Program-made: the position numbers and the translations under genes
Shown here: piece after piece, positions 12,735 through 24,594 of the stretch
How the letters are laid out: the number at the start of each line of letters is the position of its first letter
Position numbering within the stretch: the first letter of the stretch is position 1
Origin: Octopus sinensis
Lineage: Eukaryota
Direction: 5' to 3'
DNA length: 64,000 nt
NCBI RefSeq assembly: GCF_006345805.1
Contig: NC_043021.1
Location: 5,580,001-5,644,000 of the forward strand
Notes under the pieces: generated by a model
The model's input: only the letters and a program-made list of their open reading frames with translations
Told to the model about the DNA's origin: nothing
Database searches by the model: none

Positions 12735-14127
12735 GAATCCACATCTCACTTGTAATATATGGCAAAACCATCAAAGTACTTTGTTGGTATTTGTTCTGGC
12801 TATTTTATGTTCTGAGTTCAGATTCCACCTAGGTGAAATTAGTATTCCTTCTTCCAGTGCAGGTCAATCAAAATGCCATGCTGTGGGACTGAACCCCACA
12901 CCATGTAGTTCGGAAGCAAGCTTTTTAATCATACAGTCACACCTGTGTTTATATAATCAATATGAAAATAAAATTTCAAAAAGTAAAGTTCCCTCTCAAT
13001 GAGGTGGGACACCACCTTGGGTAACTCAGGGGAAAAACCCACACAAAGGCCCGGGTTAATCTGCCACATCCATAATAATAATAATAATATCTCGTTTTTG
13101 TATTTATTTTTTGTGTTGGAATGTTTGTTGTATCTTGGTTGGGTCATTTATACCAGTAAGTATATTATACCATTTATACCAATATAAATATTATACCATT
13201 ATATTATAAGTATTATACCATTTATACCAGTAAGAGATACATATACAGTGAAGGTGTTTCTCTTTGCTAAAATAGCTTTACCCAAATTCAACAACAATAA
13301 TGGTTTCAAATTTTGGCACAAGGCCTGCAATTTTGGTGGAGGAAGTATGTCAGTTATATTAACCCCAGTGCATGAGTGGTACTTATTTATCAGCCCCAAA
13401 AGGATCAGAGTCAATCCTTGTGACTATTGAACTCATAATGTGAAGTTGGAAAAATGCCAGTAAGCATTTTGCCTGGTGAGGTAACAATTCTGCCAACAAT
13501 AATAATTTCTGCTATATGCACAAAGCCTGAAATTTTAGGGGAGGGGTGGTCTAGTTGATTACATCAACCCCAGTACTCAACTGGTACTTATTTTATTGAC
13601 CCTCAAAGGACGAAAGGCAAAATCACCCTAATGATGATAATAATATTGTGATGATAGTAATAATGGTATGTACCTATGTATGTATGTATGTGTGTATATA
13701 TATATATATAATATATATATATATATATACACATACACGTGTGTAATGTGTGTGTGTGCAAGCAGCTATACTACATGGCAGTGAAACATGGGCTGTGACC
13801 ACTGAGGACAATGGTCGTTAAATGATGATGATGATATACTTGTGTATGTATGTATATTTGAATGTGTGCATATATACAGATATATATGTGTATGTATATG
13901 AAGATTATTATAATGATGATGGTTCTAATATGTCTCTCACCTCAAGGTGGCAACTGACTAATGAATGACCAGAACTAATTAGTCATAAGTAACAAAAGTT
14001 CTACTTCTTTACTCACCCTCCTCAAATTTCTACTGGTCATAGACTGGGATTGGGTGTGTTGGGGACGATTCTAAAAAAATTTTTTGTTGTTTAGTTATAT
14101 TTATGTTGCAACCCCTGTTTCCTTTCA

Positions 14128-14205
<78 letters not shown>

Positions 14206-14309
14206 ATTTCTCTCATATATATGTGTGCATGCGTGTGTGTGTGTGTGTTTGGTGATGCAGGCAGGAAAATAAAACTCAAGCATCAGTCTATATATTTTTC
14301 GTTATTAAG

Positions 14310-14601
14310 AATCGCAAGCGTGGCTGAGTGGTAAGAAGTTTGCTTCCTATCCATTCAGTTCCTGGTTCAGTCCCAAGGCATCTTGGGCTCTGGTCTTTCA
14401 CTATAATAGCCTCGAGATGACCTAAGCCTTGTGAGTGTATTTGGTAGCCAAAAACTGAAAGAAGCTCAAGTAGCTTGCTTACCAACTACATGGTTCTGGG
14501 TTCAGTCCCACTGCGTGGCACCTTGGGCAATTCTACTACAGTCTCGGCTGACCAAAGCCTTGTGAGTGGATTTGGCGGACGGAAACTGAAAGAAGCCTGT
14601 C

Positions 14602-14646
<45 letters not shown>

Positions 14647-14880
14647 TATATGTGTGTGTGTTTGTGTGTCTGTATTTGTCCCCCCAACATCACTTGACAA
14701 CTGATGCTGGTATGTTTACGTCCCCCTTTACTTAGCGGTTCGACAAAAGAGACCGATAGAATAAGTACTAGGCTTACAAAGAATAGGTCCTGGGGTCGAT
14801 TTGCTCGACTAATAAAAGCGGTGCTCCAGCATGGCCACAGTCAAATGACTGAAACAAGTAAAAGAGAGAGAGAGAGTAAA
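14310..14880 (+). mobile_element. SINE B with duplicated head
   Basis: Degenerate head at 14310-14465 followed by a second head from ~14468, (TA)n and tail. Confidence 0.75.
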
Positions 14881-15414
14881 GAGTATGTATATATCTGTGC
14901 GTCTTTGTGCTGCGTTTGCTCCCCACCACTACTCGACAAGCAATGTTTGTTTGTTTATGTCCCTGTAACATAGCAATTCAGCAAAAGTGACTGATAGAAT
15001 GAGTACCAGACTTTAAAAATAAGTATTATTCAACTAAGCCCTTCAAGGCAGTGCCCACTGAGAAGACACATTGCGGAACTGTAATTCTAACGAGTTACAT
15101 CTATTTGTCACCCAAACTGACACACATCTGCACTGTCTGATGCTCCTGAGCTAGCTGTTAAGTATCCCAGCCATTAGGGACCAATGCTAGATGAGTCGAA
15201 ACAATTGTAGGGTTTAATAAAAATTCTTATATCTTCCATCTTTTGTTAACCAAAAACCTATATCTATATGTATACACACACACACACACACCACATATAT
15301 ATATAAACACACACATATGTGTATACACACACACACAAATATGTATATATATTCATCATCAGTTAACGTCCGTTATATATATATATATATACCACATATA
15401 ATAATATACATATA

Positions 15415-15465
<51 letters not shown>

Positions 15466-16284
15466 TTCGTTACTTCCTTCTTCCTATATAATCTGGAATC
15501 AGATAAACCTATCTGAACTATGAGCACATAGAAAACTAAAAATAAAACCCTCTTATATATAAATATAGATATATATATACACATGTACACAGACACACAC
15601 ACAATGTTTATCTGTGCAAATGGGTTTGTATGCGTGTGTTAACTCATCTCTCGTATGTATTCATATTATATATGACTTCTACATTTTCTCATCTACAAAC
15701 TTCAACACTTTAAGATATGAGAATGCTTATGAGTGTGTACGTGTGAGTACGGGTTCATGTGTGCACATGCACAGAGTCTGACTCATATATACATAAATAT
15801 ATATATATATATATAGCATGAAAAGCGGACGCTAAACGAAACGATATATATATATATATGTATACAGTACACACCTACATATGCATAGAAGCATTCACAT
15901 ACATACGTACATACATATATATATATTCTTTGTAGAAAGCAGGAAATGTGGCAAAAATAAAAATCTCAAAATAGCCAAATTTAACATGAAATTTGGAAAT
16001 GGAAGAGAGAGAGAGAGAGACACTAGTGATGGTGGTGGTGGTGGTGGTGGTTGGTTGGTATGATGAAAGACACCAAGAAATAGAGATGGGGGTGAAAGGG
16101 AAAGAGAGAAGGATAGGGACACGGTGGTGGTGGTGGTGGTGGTGGTGGGAAGAGAGAAATAATCTTTCTTTGTTACTTCTTTTGATAGACATCATCCTGT
16201 CTTGTTGCTAAATAAAGAAGTGATGGAGATGAGAGAGAGAGAGAGAGGGAGTGAGAAAGAAGGGCATGGAAACGGGTGGAGTGT

Positions 16285-16507
16285 GGGGCGGTAAGGGAAA
16301 GATAACAGCAGCAACAACAATAACAACATCTGGCTGTTTGTCTCTGCATGTGTCTGTCTGTACATGTGTGTGTGTGTGTGAGTGTGTGTGTGTGTGTTCT
16401 GCTACTTATGGCCACTTGTGGTTTATGGTATAATTGGTTTAGTGTATTATGTGTGTGTGTGTGTGTGTGCCTGCAGTTCTTGGACAGAATCGGTTACTGC
16501 TTCAGTC
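16285..16507 (+). promoter_or_regulatory. Candidate internal promoter elements: GC box and Inr-like TCAGTC
   Basis: GGGGCGG at 16285-16291 and TCAGTC at 16502-16507 upstream of the putative first exon, in a stretch without full-length SINEs. Short motifs, weak on their own. Confidence 0.25.
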
Positions 16508-16613
16508 TACGCTGGCAGGAACCGTGTACCGGTTGGTTGGTTGCTTGCTTGCTGCTGCTTTGTCAGTGGTGGTGGTCACCTGAACCATTCCGTACTATTG
16601 TCTCTCACAAAAT

Positions 16614-16649
16614 ATGGATAATACTTACGACATTCCTGTATCTCTCTTG
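16614..16649 (+). CDS. PXN: Putative alternative first coding exon (MDNTYDIPVSLL) of a short paxillin isoform
   Basis: ATG in A(-3)/G(+4) context, in-frame upstream TGA at 16581, 12 codons, then TTG|GTGAGT donor in phase 0, matching the phase-0 acceptor at 29188. Confidence 0.5.
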
Positions 16650-16659
16650 GTGAGTTGAC

Positions 16660-17400
16660 ATTACATTAAGTCTCACTCAACTGTGTCTCACTCAACTCTG
16701 TCTCACTCAGCTCTGTTCCTACTGCTTTTTTTTTTTTTTGGCACTTTTTCTTTCATTCAAATTTCTCTCACTCTCACTCAACTTTGTCTCATTTTTATCA
16801 CACTCAACATTTAATTCCTTTGATTCTCTTCTCACTCAATGTTTTACTCAAATTTCTTTCACTCAGCACTCTCTTGTTTTTATCACCCTCAATTTTCCCC
16901 TCACTCAGTCAATTTTCCTTTACTCCACTTTCGTTAATTCAACTCTTCTTCACTCAGCTTATCCATCACTCATATTTGCCTCGCTCATCTTGCCTCACTC
17001 ATCTTTACCTCATACAATCTTGTCTCACTCATCTTTGGCTCACTGACCTTTTCCCTCACACGTCTTGTATAATGCACATGCAATTAACCCTCACTCAATG
17101 TTTCCTCACTCATCTCTCACTGACCTTTCCCATTTCTCATCTTTCACTCACCTTACCCTTCACTCACCTTTCCCCTCACTTATCATTCCCACTCTCACAT
17201 TTCCTTCATATACCTTTCCCTCACTCATCTTCCTTCACTCACCTTCCCTCACTCATCTTTCTTCACTCACCTTCCCTCACTTATCTTTCCCCCCACATAC
17301 ATTCCCCTAACATAACTTCCTCATTCAACTTTCACCACTTTGTCTCTCCTTCTTTCTTACCCCTCTCTCAACTCTCCCCCATCTGTCCATCTTTTACAAT
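16660..17400 (+). repeat. Pyrimidine-rich cryptic (CTCACT/CTT) low-complexity tract
   Basis: ~740 bp strongly C/T-biased on the + strand with recurring ctcactca. Confidence 0.8.
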
Positions 17401-18289
17401 CCACTCTTTAAATTCCCATTATGTGTGTGTGTGTGTGTGTTTAGGTGGTGCTCCAGCATGGCCGCAGTCAAATGACTGGAACAAATAAAAGAATATATAT
17501 ATGTACACACACACATAGATTTTTTTTGGTTTTGCTTTTGTCTTTATCCGCAGACCCATGCATGGCATTGAAAGGTGTGCATAGATATATAGGTAGAGTA
17601 GTTGGTGAAGGTTCATTTTTCAAATGAGATTTGGGCCCAGCAAAAGAAAGACCTGGTCTGTCACAAACTGTGCACACAAAAATGTCACTGACATTCACCT
17701 TCTCAATCACACCATTCTTCTTTAAATCTCTCTCGAGACTTGCATGTGTCATCCCAGCCTCCCCAAAAGCTTTCACTCCACTGCACACTTTCGTTTGCCA
17801 TCCAGCTCACCCTAAAGCAAGGGTTTCTATGGCTTTTGGATCTATTCCAAGTAACTTCATGGTAGTCCTTATGCTGTCCTTAAACCTCTTTTTTAGGTTT
17901 ACACTGGTTGCGTTTTCCCCTCTGCAAGCTCACATAAAACAGCTGTTTGGGTGTGCATTCATTTGCCATTCGAACAATATGGTCAGACCATCTCATTTGA
18001 TTTTCACACACACACACACACACGGTTGCATTGCTTATTATGATGAACCACATCTACCAACATTATGATAGATCTCTGAACCCCTAGAAACAGCTGTTGG
18101 ACTTATAACACCTTTCTTCCACCCTTTTGATTTTCTCTGTTGTTTGTACTCTGTTAGTAGGATTTATTAATATAAATATCTATATACTTAAAAATTCAAC
18201 GTCTGAAAGTCTCCACTTTTTTTGCTTTCTCTCATTTTGCTTGTATACATATTTTGTATTTCATACCCAAACTGTTGTATCTAATATAT

Positions 18290-18495
18290 TTAACCCTTTA
18301 GTGTTTAAACTGGTCATATCCGGCCAAAAGTATCCTACCTGTCTTATGTTCACACCAACCCTACAATATCGTTTTAAAAATTAACAGCTACCTCATCAAA
18401 ATCTCATAACTACAAGATAATGCATGATTAGTTCAAAACAATGTGAATAAAGAAGCATTAACTTTGGCAGAATAATGTGAACACTAAAGGGTTAA
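18290..18495 (+). mobile_element. piggyBac-type MITE family P1
   Basis: TTAACCCTTTAG...CTAAAGGGTTAA; internal sequence matches 6191-6420. Confidence 0.8.
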
Positions 18496-18710
18496 TGTGT
18501 CTAATTTGTTTATCCACATAATTACCTCGCGCTCTCTCTCTTTTCTCATATATGTTTTATTAATTAACTATATATATATATATAATGAAGTTAAACCAAA
18601 TGATGTTTTGAAAACATTTAATTCATACATTTCATATCTGTGAAACAAACAGTAGGAAATGCACCCCAGTTTGTAAAACCTTCCTTAGTTATAGCACACA
18701 ACCACTACTA

Positions 18711-19120
18711 TAGGCGTAGGAGTGGCTGTGTGGTAAGTAGCTTGCTTACAAACCACATGGTTCTGGGTTCAGTCCCACTGTGTGGCACCTTGGGCAAGTG
18801 TCTTCTACTATAGCCTCGGGCCAACCAAAGCCTTGTGAGTGGATTTGGTAAATGGAAACTGAAAGAAGCTCGTCGTATATATGTATGTGTGTGTGAATGT
18901 GTGTGTATGTTTGTGTGTCTGTGTTTGTCCCCCCAACATCTCTTGACAACCGATGCTGGTGTGTTTACATCCCTGTAACTTAGCGGTTCGGCAAAAGAGA
19001 CTGATAGAATAAGTTCTAGGCTTACAAAGAATAAGTCCTGGGGTCGATTTACTCGACTAAAGGCGGTACTCCAGCATGGCCACAGTCAAATGACTGAAAC
19101 AAGTAGAAAGAGTAAAAGAG
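18711..19120 (+). mobile_element. SINE B, full length
   Basis: ggcgtaggagtggctgtgtggtaag head to gtaaaagag tail. Confidence 0.88.
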
Positions 19121-19554
19121 TTAATACATTTCCAAAATACTTTGAATATAATATTTCCTATTATATATTTTGCAGAGATCTGAAATGTTCATATTAAATG
19201 CTTTCAAAATATCACTGTTTGATTTGATTTCATTATTACAACTTATATAACTTGATGCCAGTACAAACCACCCATCCTGTCTCCACTTACATGGAGACTT
19301 TAACAAGGATTTGGAGTAGTTTATTATATTCGACTTGAGAGGAAAATTCCAGCACCAAGCATAACTTTTAAGTATAATGTGAAATATATATGTAATATAA
19401 ATATAATACACGTGTGTGTGTTTGTGCACACATTTGCACATATGTGTGTAGAAACTTTGTCAAAGATATTTGGAGCTCAATACATACACACACGCATGTA
19501 TGTATATATGTATGTATGTATGTACTTTTTGATGAAGCATTGTGTGGTATAACT

Positions 19555-19782
19555 TTAACCCTTTCGTTACCAACCCGGCTGAAACCGGCTCTGGCTCTAA
19601 GTAAATATGTCTTGTTTTCATAAGATTTGAATTAAAATCTTCCACCAAACCTCAGACACAATTTATGTTCCTAACACTAGCTGAATGATAACTAAGTTAT
19701 TTCACTAAATTCTTTGCTATATTTAAAGTAATTGAAAGAAACACAGACCATCTCAACAGAAATACAGTAACAAAAGGGTTAA
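19555..19782 (-). mobile_element. piggyBac-type MITE family P2, uninterrupted
   Basis: TTAACCCTTTCGTTAC...GTAACAAAAGGGTTAA; reverse complement of the 12072 element minus the SINE. Confidence 0.85.
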
Positions 19783-20494
19783 AGAGATATGCAGTGTAAG
19801 GTTGGTGTAAAACAAGAAGATACGAAGTAAATTACAAAAGGAAAAGAAAAACTAAACTAAGTTGTAGTTTTTACCTTGTAGTTCTATATTTTGGGCTTAC
19901 AGTCTCTTCTTCAGGAAATTGGGAAAGAAGGGGCTGTAACCCTGACAGATAGAAATACAAGGTAAAACTGCAACTTTGTTTTGTTTTCCATTTTATTTTG
20001 TACCTTCTTTCATTCTTCCAGTCTTACACAACAAATCTCTTTAAAACACACACACATACACACACACATCTTAATACCACCATCTGGTCTTTGGGTGTCT
20101 TTGAGTAAAACTTCACACTGTTGCAAGAATTTCCCTTCTTCCTCCCTCCTGGTTCTCTTCCCTTCCCCCTCATGTCCCCGTTTCTCCCCCCCCCCTCCAA
20201 CCACCCCCTTCCTTCCTACAGATATCCAAACACTACATTAGTTCCATCAATCTAACCAAGTCTTTGACTGTCGCCTGAAGCAGTTTCTACCACTGAACCG
20301 ATTAAAACATTATCATAACATTATAAACAAAAGTACTGCACTGTCTGATATCTCTAAAGGATGGTGGTAGTGGAATTGGTTCTAGTAGTGGGGGTGATTG
20401 CAGTGGTGTTGGCTGCAGTTATGGTGGTAGTGGTGGTAGTAGTTCTAGTGGTGATATTGGCATTAGCATTGATTATTGTTGGATTGCAATGGTA

Positions 20495-21495
20495 GGGGTG
20501 ATTGTAGTGTTGGTTTCTACAGGGGTGGTATTCACAGAAGCAGTGGTTTGTGTTGGTGGCTCTATGAGGTGAAGGTTATACCAGTCATGGTTGTTGTAGT
20601 GGCAGGGGTTGCAGTAGTGGTGGTGGTGGTGGTGGTGGTAGAAGTGGTTTTGATAGCTGTAGTGGTGTTGGTTGTAGTAGTTGTGGCAGTGGTCATTATG
20701 GTGAGAGTGGCATTAGCATTGGTTATTGCGGCGAGCTGGCAGAATCGTTAGCACGCCAGGCAAAATGCTTAGTGGTATTTCATCTGCTGTTACGTTGTGA
20801 GTTCAAATTCCGCCGAGGTCGACTTTGCCTTTCATCCTTTCGGGGTCAATAAATTAAGTACCAGTTACGCACTGGGGTCGATGTAATTGACTTAATCCGT
20901 TTGTCTGTCCTTGTTTGTCCTCTCTGTGTTTAGCCCCTTGTAGGTAGTAAAGAAATAGGTAGGGGTGATTGTAGTGTTGGTTTCTACAGGGGTGGTACTC
21001 ACAGTAGCAATGGTTTGTGTTGGTGGTGGTTGTGATCTTGGGGGGCTCTATGAGGTGAAGGTTATACCAGTCATGGTTGTTGTAGTGGCAGGGGTTGCAG
21101 TAGTATTGGTGGTGGAAGTGGTTTTGATAGCTGTAGTAGTAAATGTATTGGTAGTGTGGGTAAGTGTATTGGTGGTGGTAGTTTTGATAGCTGTAGTGGT
21201 GTTGGTTGTAGTAGGAGTTGTAGCAGTGGTGATATTGGTGGTCATTATGGTGAGAGTGGCATTAGCATTGGTTATTGCAGCGAGCTGGCAGAAACGTTAG
21301 CATGCCGGGCGAAATGCATAGCCATATTTCGTCTGCCGTTACGTTCTGAGTTCAAATTCCGCCAAGGTCGACTTTGCCTTTCATCCTTTCGGGGTCGATT
21401 AAATAAGTACCAGTTACACACTGGGGTCGATGTAATCGGCTTAATGCCTTTGTCTGTCCCCTCTGTTTAGCCCCTTGTGGGTAGTAAAGAAATAG
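20495..21495 (+). repeat. Tandem duplication of a GTA/GTG-rich segment plus SINE A (two units)
   Basis: ggggtgattgtagtgttggtttctacagggg starts at ~20495 and ~20961; each unit ends in a SINE A (~20727-20960, ~21275-21495). Confidence 0.85.
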
Positions 21496-21851
21496 GTAAT
21501 GGTGGTTGCAGGAGTGGTGTTCATTGTATTGGTAGCAGTTTTAGTAGTGGTAGTCTTCCTGTTAGTTCTCACTTCTTCCTCTCTCTCTCTCTTCATTAAT
21601 CTGTTACATGTTTGTGATGCAAATTCATTCTGCTGCACATTCAGTGCACATCCAACAGATTCAGTTAAACAATGACGCCTATGTGTTCTGGGTCTTAATT
21701 AGATCTTTATTGCCACATTGTAAACTGATATACACAGTATTGATTGAGGTGGTGGTGGTTGCTGCTGTTGGTTGTTGTTCAGGTCATAGTGGTGGTGGTG
21801 ATGGTGGTAGTGATAATGGCCAAAATCATTGGCGCATCTGACAAAATAGCT

Positions 21852-22075
21852 TTTTCTTTACTACCCACAAGGGGCTAAACACAGAGAGGACAAACAAGGA
21901 CAGGCAGACGTATTAAGTCGATTATATCGACCCCAGTACGTAACTGGTACTTATTTAATCGACCCCGAAAGGATGAAAGGCAAAGTCGACCTTGGCGGAA
22001 TTTGAACTCAGAACGTAGCGGCATACAAAATACTGCTAAGTATTTCACCTGGCGTGCTAACATTTCTGCCAGCTG
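21852..22075 (-). mobile_element. SINE A
   Basis: Reverse complement of the SINE A consensus seen elsewhere in the window. Confidence 0.85.
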
Positions 22076-22412
22076 TGACCGACTTACCTGACAAAATACC
22101 TAGCCATATTGACTTCAGCTCCTTAGTTTCTGAATTCAAATCCGACTGAAGCCAACTTTGCCTTGCAATTGAGTAGTAGTAGTAGTTTTGTCTTGAGCCC
22201 CAAGACTCATCTAGTTACCTATTTTCCATGAGATCACAGCATTCCTCCATTACTCATCAGCAGCTGAGTGAATTGGAACAACTGTGAAATGCAGTGTTTT
22301 GCTCAAGAACACAACATAATGCACTGCTTAGTCCAGGAATCGAAACCTTGATCTAACTGTTACTAGTTTGACACCCTAACAACCAAGCCACGCATCTTCA
22401 TCAGTTTATAAG

Positions 22413-22571
22413 TACAGGCATGGCTGTGTGGTAAGAAGCTTGCTTCCCAACCACATGGTTCCGGGTTCAGTCCCACTGCATGGCACCTTAGGCAGGTGTC
22501 TTCTACTATGGCCTTGGGCCTACCAAAGCCTTGTGAATGGATTTGGTAGATGGAAACTGAAAGAAGCCTGT

Positions 22572-22636
<65 letters not shown>

Positions 22637-22865
22637 ATATATGTTTGTATATTTATGTGTGTGTGTCTTTGTGTTTGCCCTTCCTGCCCCATTGTTTGAC
22701 AACCAATGTTGATGTGTTCACATCCCCATAACTTAGTGGTTTGGTAAAGAGACCGATAAAATAAGTACTAGGCTTACGAAGAATAAGTCCTGGGGTCGAT
22801 GTCTTCAACTAAGAAACCCTTAGTACTCCAGCATGGCCATGGTCAAATGCCTGAAATAAGTAAAA
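22413..22865 (+). mobile_element. SINE B, AGAAGCTTGCTTCC head variant
   Basis: Head reads gtggtaagaagcttgcttcccaaccac (22434-22447) instead of gtggtaagtagcttgcttaccaaccac. Confidence 0.85.
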
Positions 22866-23235
22866 AAAATAAAATAATGTGGTTAAGTTAATTTCCAAAT
22901 TAGAAACTGGAATCCTTAAGGGAGTCCTTAAGGGAGTCCTTAAGGGAGTCCTTAAGGGAGTCTGAAGCCTTCAATTTTATCCTGTGAACTCCTGTTATGT
23001 GAAAATGTGTGGCTTAGTGATTAGGATATTCAGCTCGAAATTGTGAGGTTGTGAGTTCAATTCCTGGTGGCACATTGTGTCCTAGAGCAAGATACTTTAT
23101 TTCATTTTGCTCCCGTCCTCTCGGCTGACAAAAATGAGTCGTACCTGTAATTTAAAAGGCCAGCCCTTATCACAATGTGTCATGCTGAATCTGCCTGAAA
23201 ACTGTGTCAGAGTATACCAGCCTGCGGAGTACTCA

Positions 23236-23661
23236 TCTGGCAGCTGACTTGGCAGATACCCATAAAATTATCAACCATCTTACAAACAATAACTCTGAGC
23301 ACCTTTTCGAACTCCACCTGTCTAACACCCGTGGACATATTTACTAAGTCAGAAAACAGCACAGCTCCCATGACTTTAGGAAACATTTTTTCATGCTGAG
23401 AGTTGCTGAAGCTTGGAACAAACTGCCGGCATCAGTTGTTAGTTGTTGGAGCACTGCATCCTTCAAAACTTCCATGCTTCCTGAGAGATTCGCCAAAACT
23501 ACACCTGATTTTCTCCCCTCCATACACACGCAAGCATGTATCTGACTCATACACTGTTCGCTTTCCAGGCATTTGTACATTACTGCATATACTTTATACG
23601 CACTTTCCGACAAGTTGTGGTGCACCTGAGCACTGTATACAATAATTTCATTATTATTATT
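23236..23661 (+). mobile_element. 5'-truncated CR1/L2-type LINE 3' end (family E)
   Basis: Encodes ...TRGHIY..RKHFF..VAEAWNKLP..VV...FK, typical of the CR1-group ORF2 C-terminus; (ATT) tail; copies at 30950 and 55130. Confidence 0.8.
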
Positions 23662-23800
23662 TTTTTTCTATCACCTGCATGTTAATAATTTTATGAGCAG
23701 GCTGTTTAGTTGTTTGGCTTGACTGGAATACTTATCATTGTATCTGATGGAGTGCCAGGTGTATGAACTCCTATGATGAGACTGAGGCCAAGGTGTGTTG

Positions 23801-24594
23801 ACTTTTTGTCCACTTGCCCTTCTCCTAGATGACATCTGGGCACAGAAAGGGGAGATGTGGCTTGGACAAATGTTGATGTTTCATACTAGCCTTGCCCAGG
23901 CCTACATCCTGGAGCGAACACTCTGCTGTCTGTTATCTCACTACATAACATCAACACAGACTGAAAGGAGGGTTTCCGTGGTAACACAAAATATACTGAT
24001 GACTAAGAGGGTGGCAGTAGTATAGGTAAGTAGCTTGCTTACGAACCACATGGTTCCGGGTTCAGTCCCACTGCGTGGCACCTTGGGCAAGTGTCTTCTA
24101 CTATAGCCTCAGGCTGACCAAAGCCTTGTGAGTGGATTTGGGAGACGGAAACTGAAAGAAGTGTGTATGTTTGTGTGTCTGTGTTTGTCCCCCCAACATC
24201 GCTTGACAACCGATGCTGGTGTGTTTACGTCGCCGTAACTTAGTGGTTCGGCAAAAGGGACCGATAGAATAAGTTCTAGGCTTAGACAGAATAAGTCCTG
24301 GGGTCGATTTACTCGACTAAAGGCGGTGCTCCAGCATGGCCACAGTCAAATGACTGTGGCCATGCTGGCCTTTTTGCCCCTTTGCTCTTCTCCTTGATGA
24401 CATCTGGGCACAGAAAGGGGAGCTGTGGCTTGGACAAATGTTGATGTTTCATATTGGCCTTGCCCAGGCCTACACCCTGGAGAGAACACTCTTCTGTCTG
24501 CTATCTCACTACATAACATCAACACAGACTGAATGGAGGGTTTCCTTGGTAACACAAAATATACTGATGACTAAGAGGGTGGTGGTAGTATAGG
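23801..24594 (+). repeat. ~225-bp direct repeats flanking a 5'-truncated SINE B
   Basis: ctttttgtccac...gtagtataggta at 23801-24025 and 24369-24594; SINE B at ~24024-24350. Confidence 0.85.

Noticed and set aside
15040-15235. Possible hammerhead (ctgatgc...gaaacaattgta)
   Set aside because: Palindromic helix III and GUA are present, but the core is broken and stem I does not pair; at most a decayed Penelope-like end.
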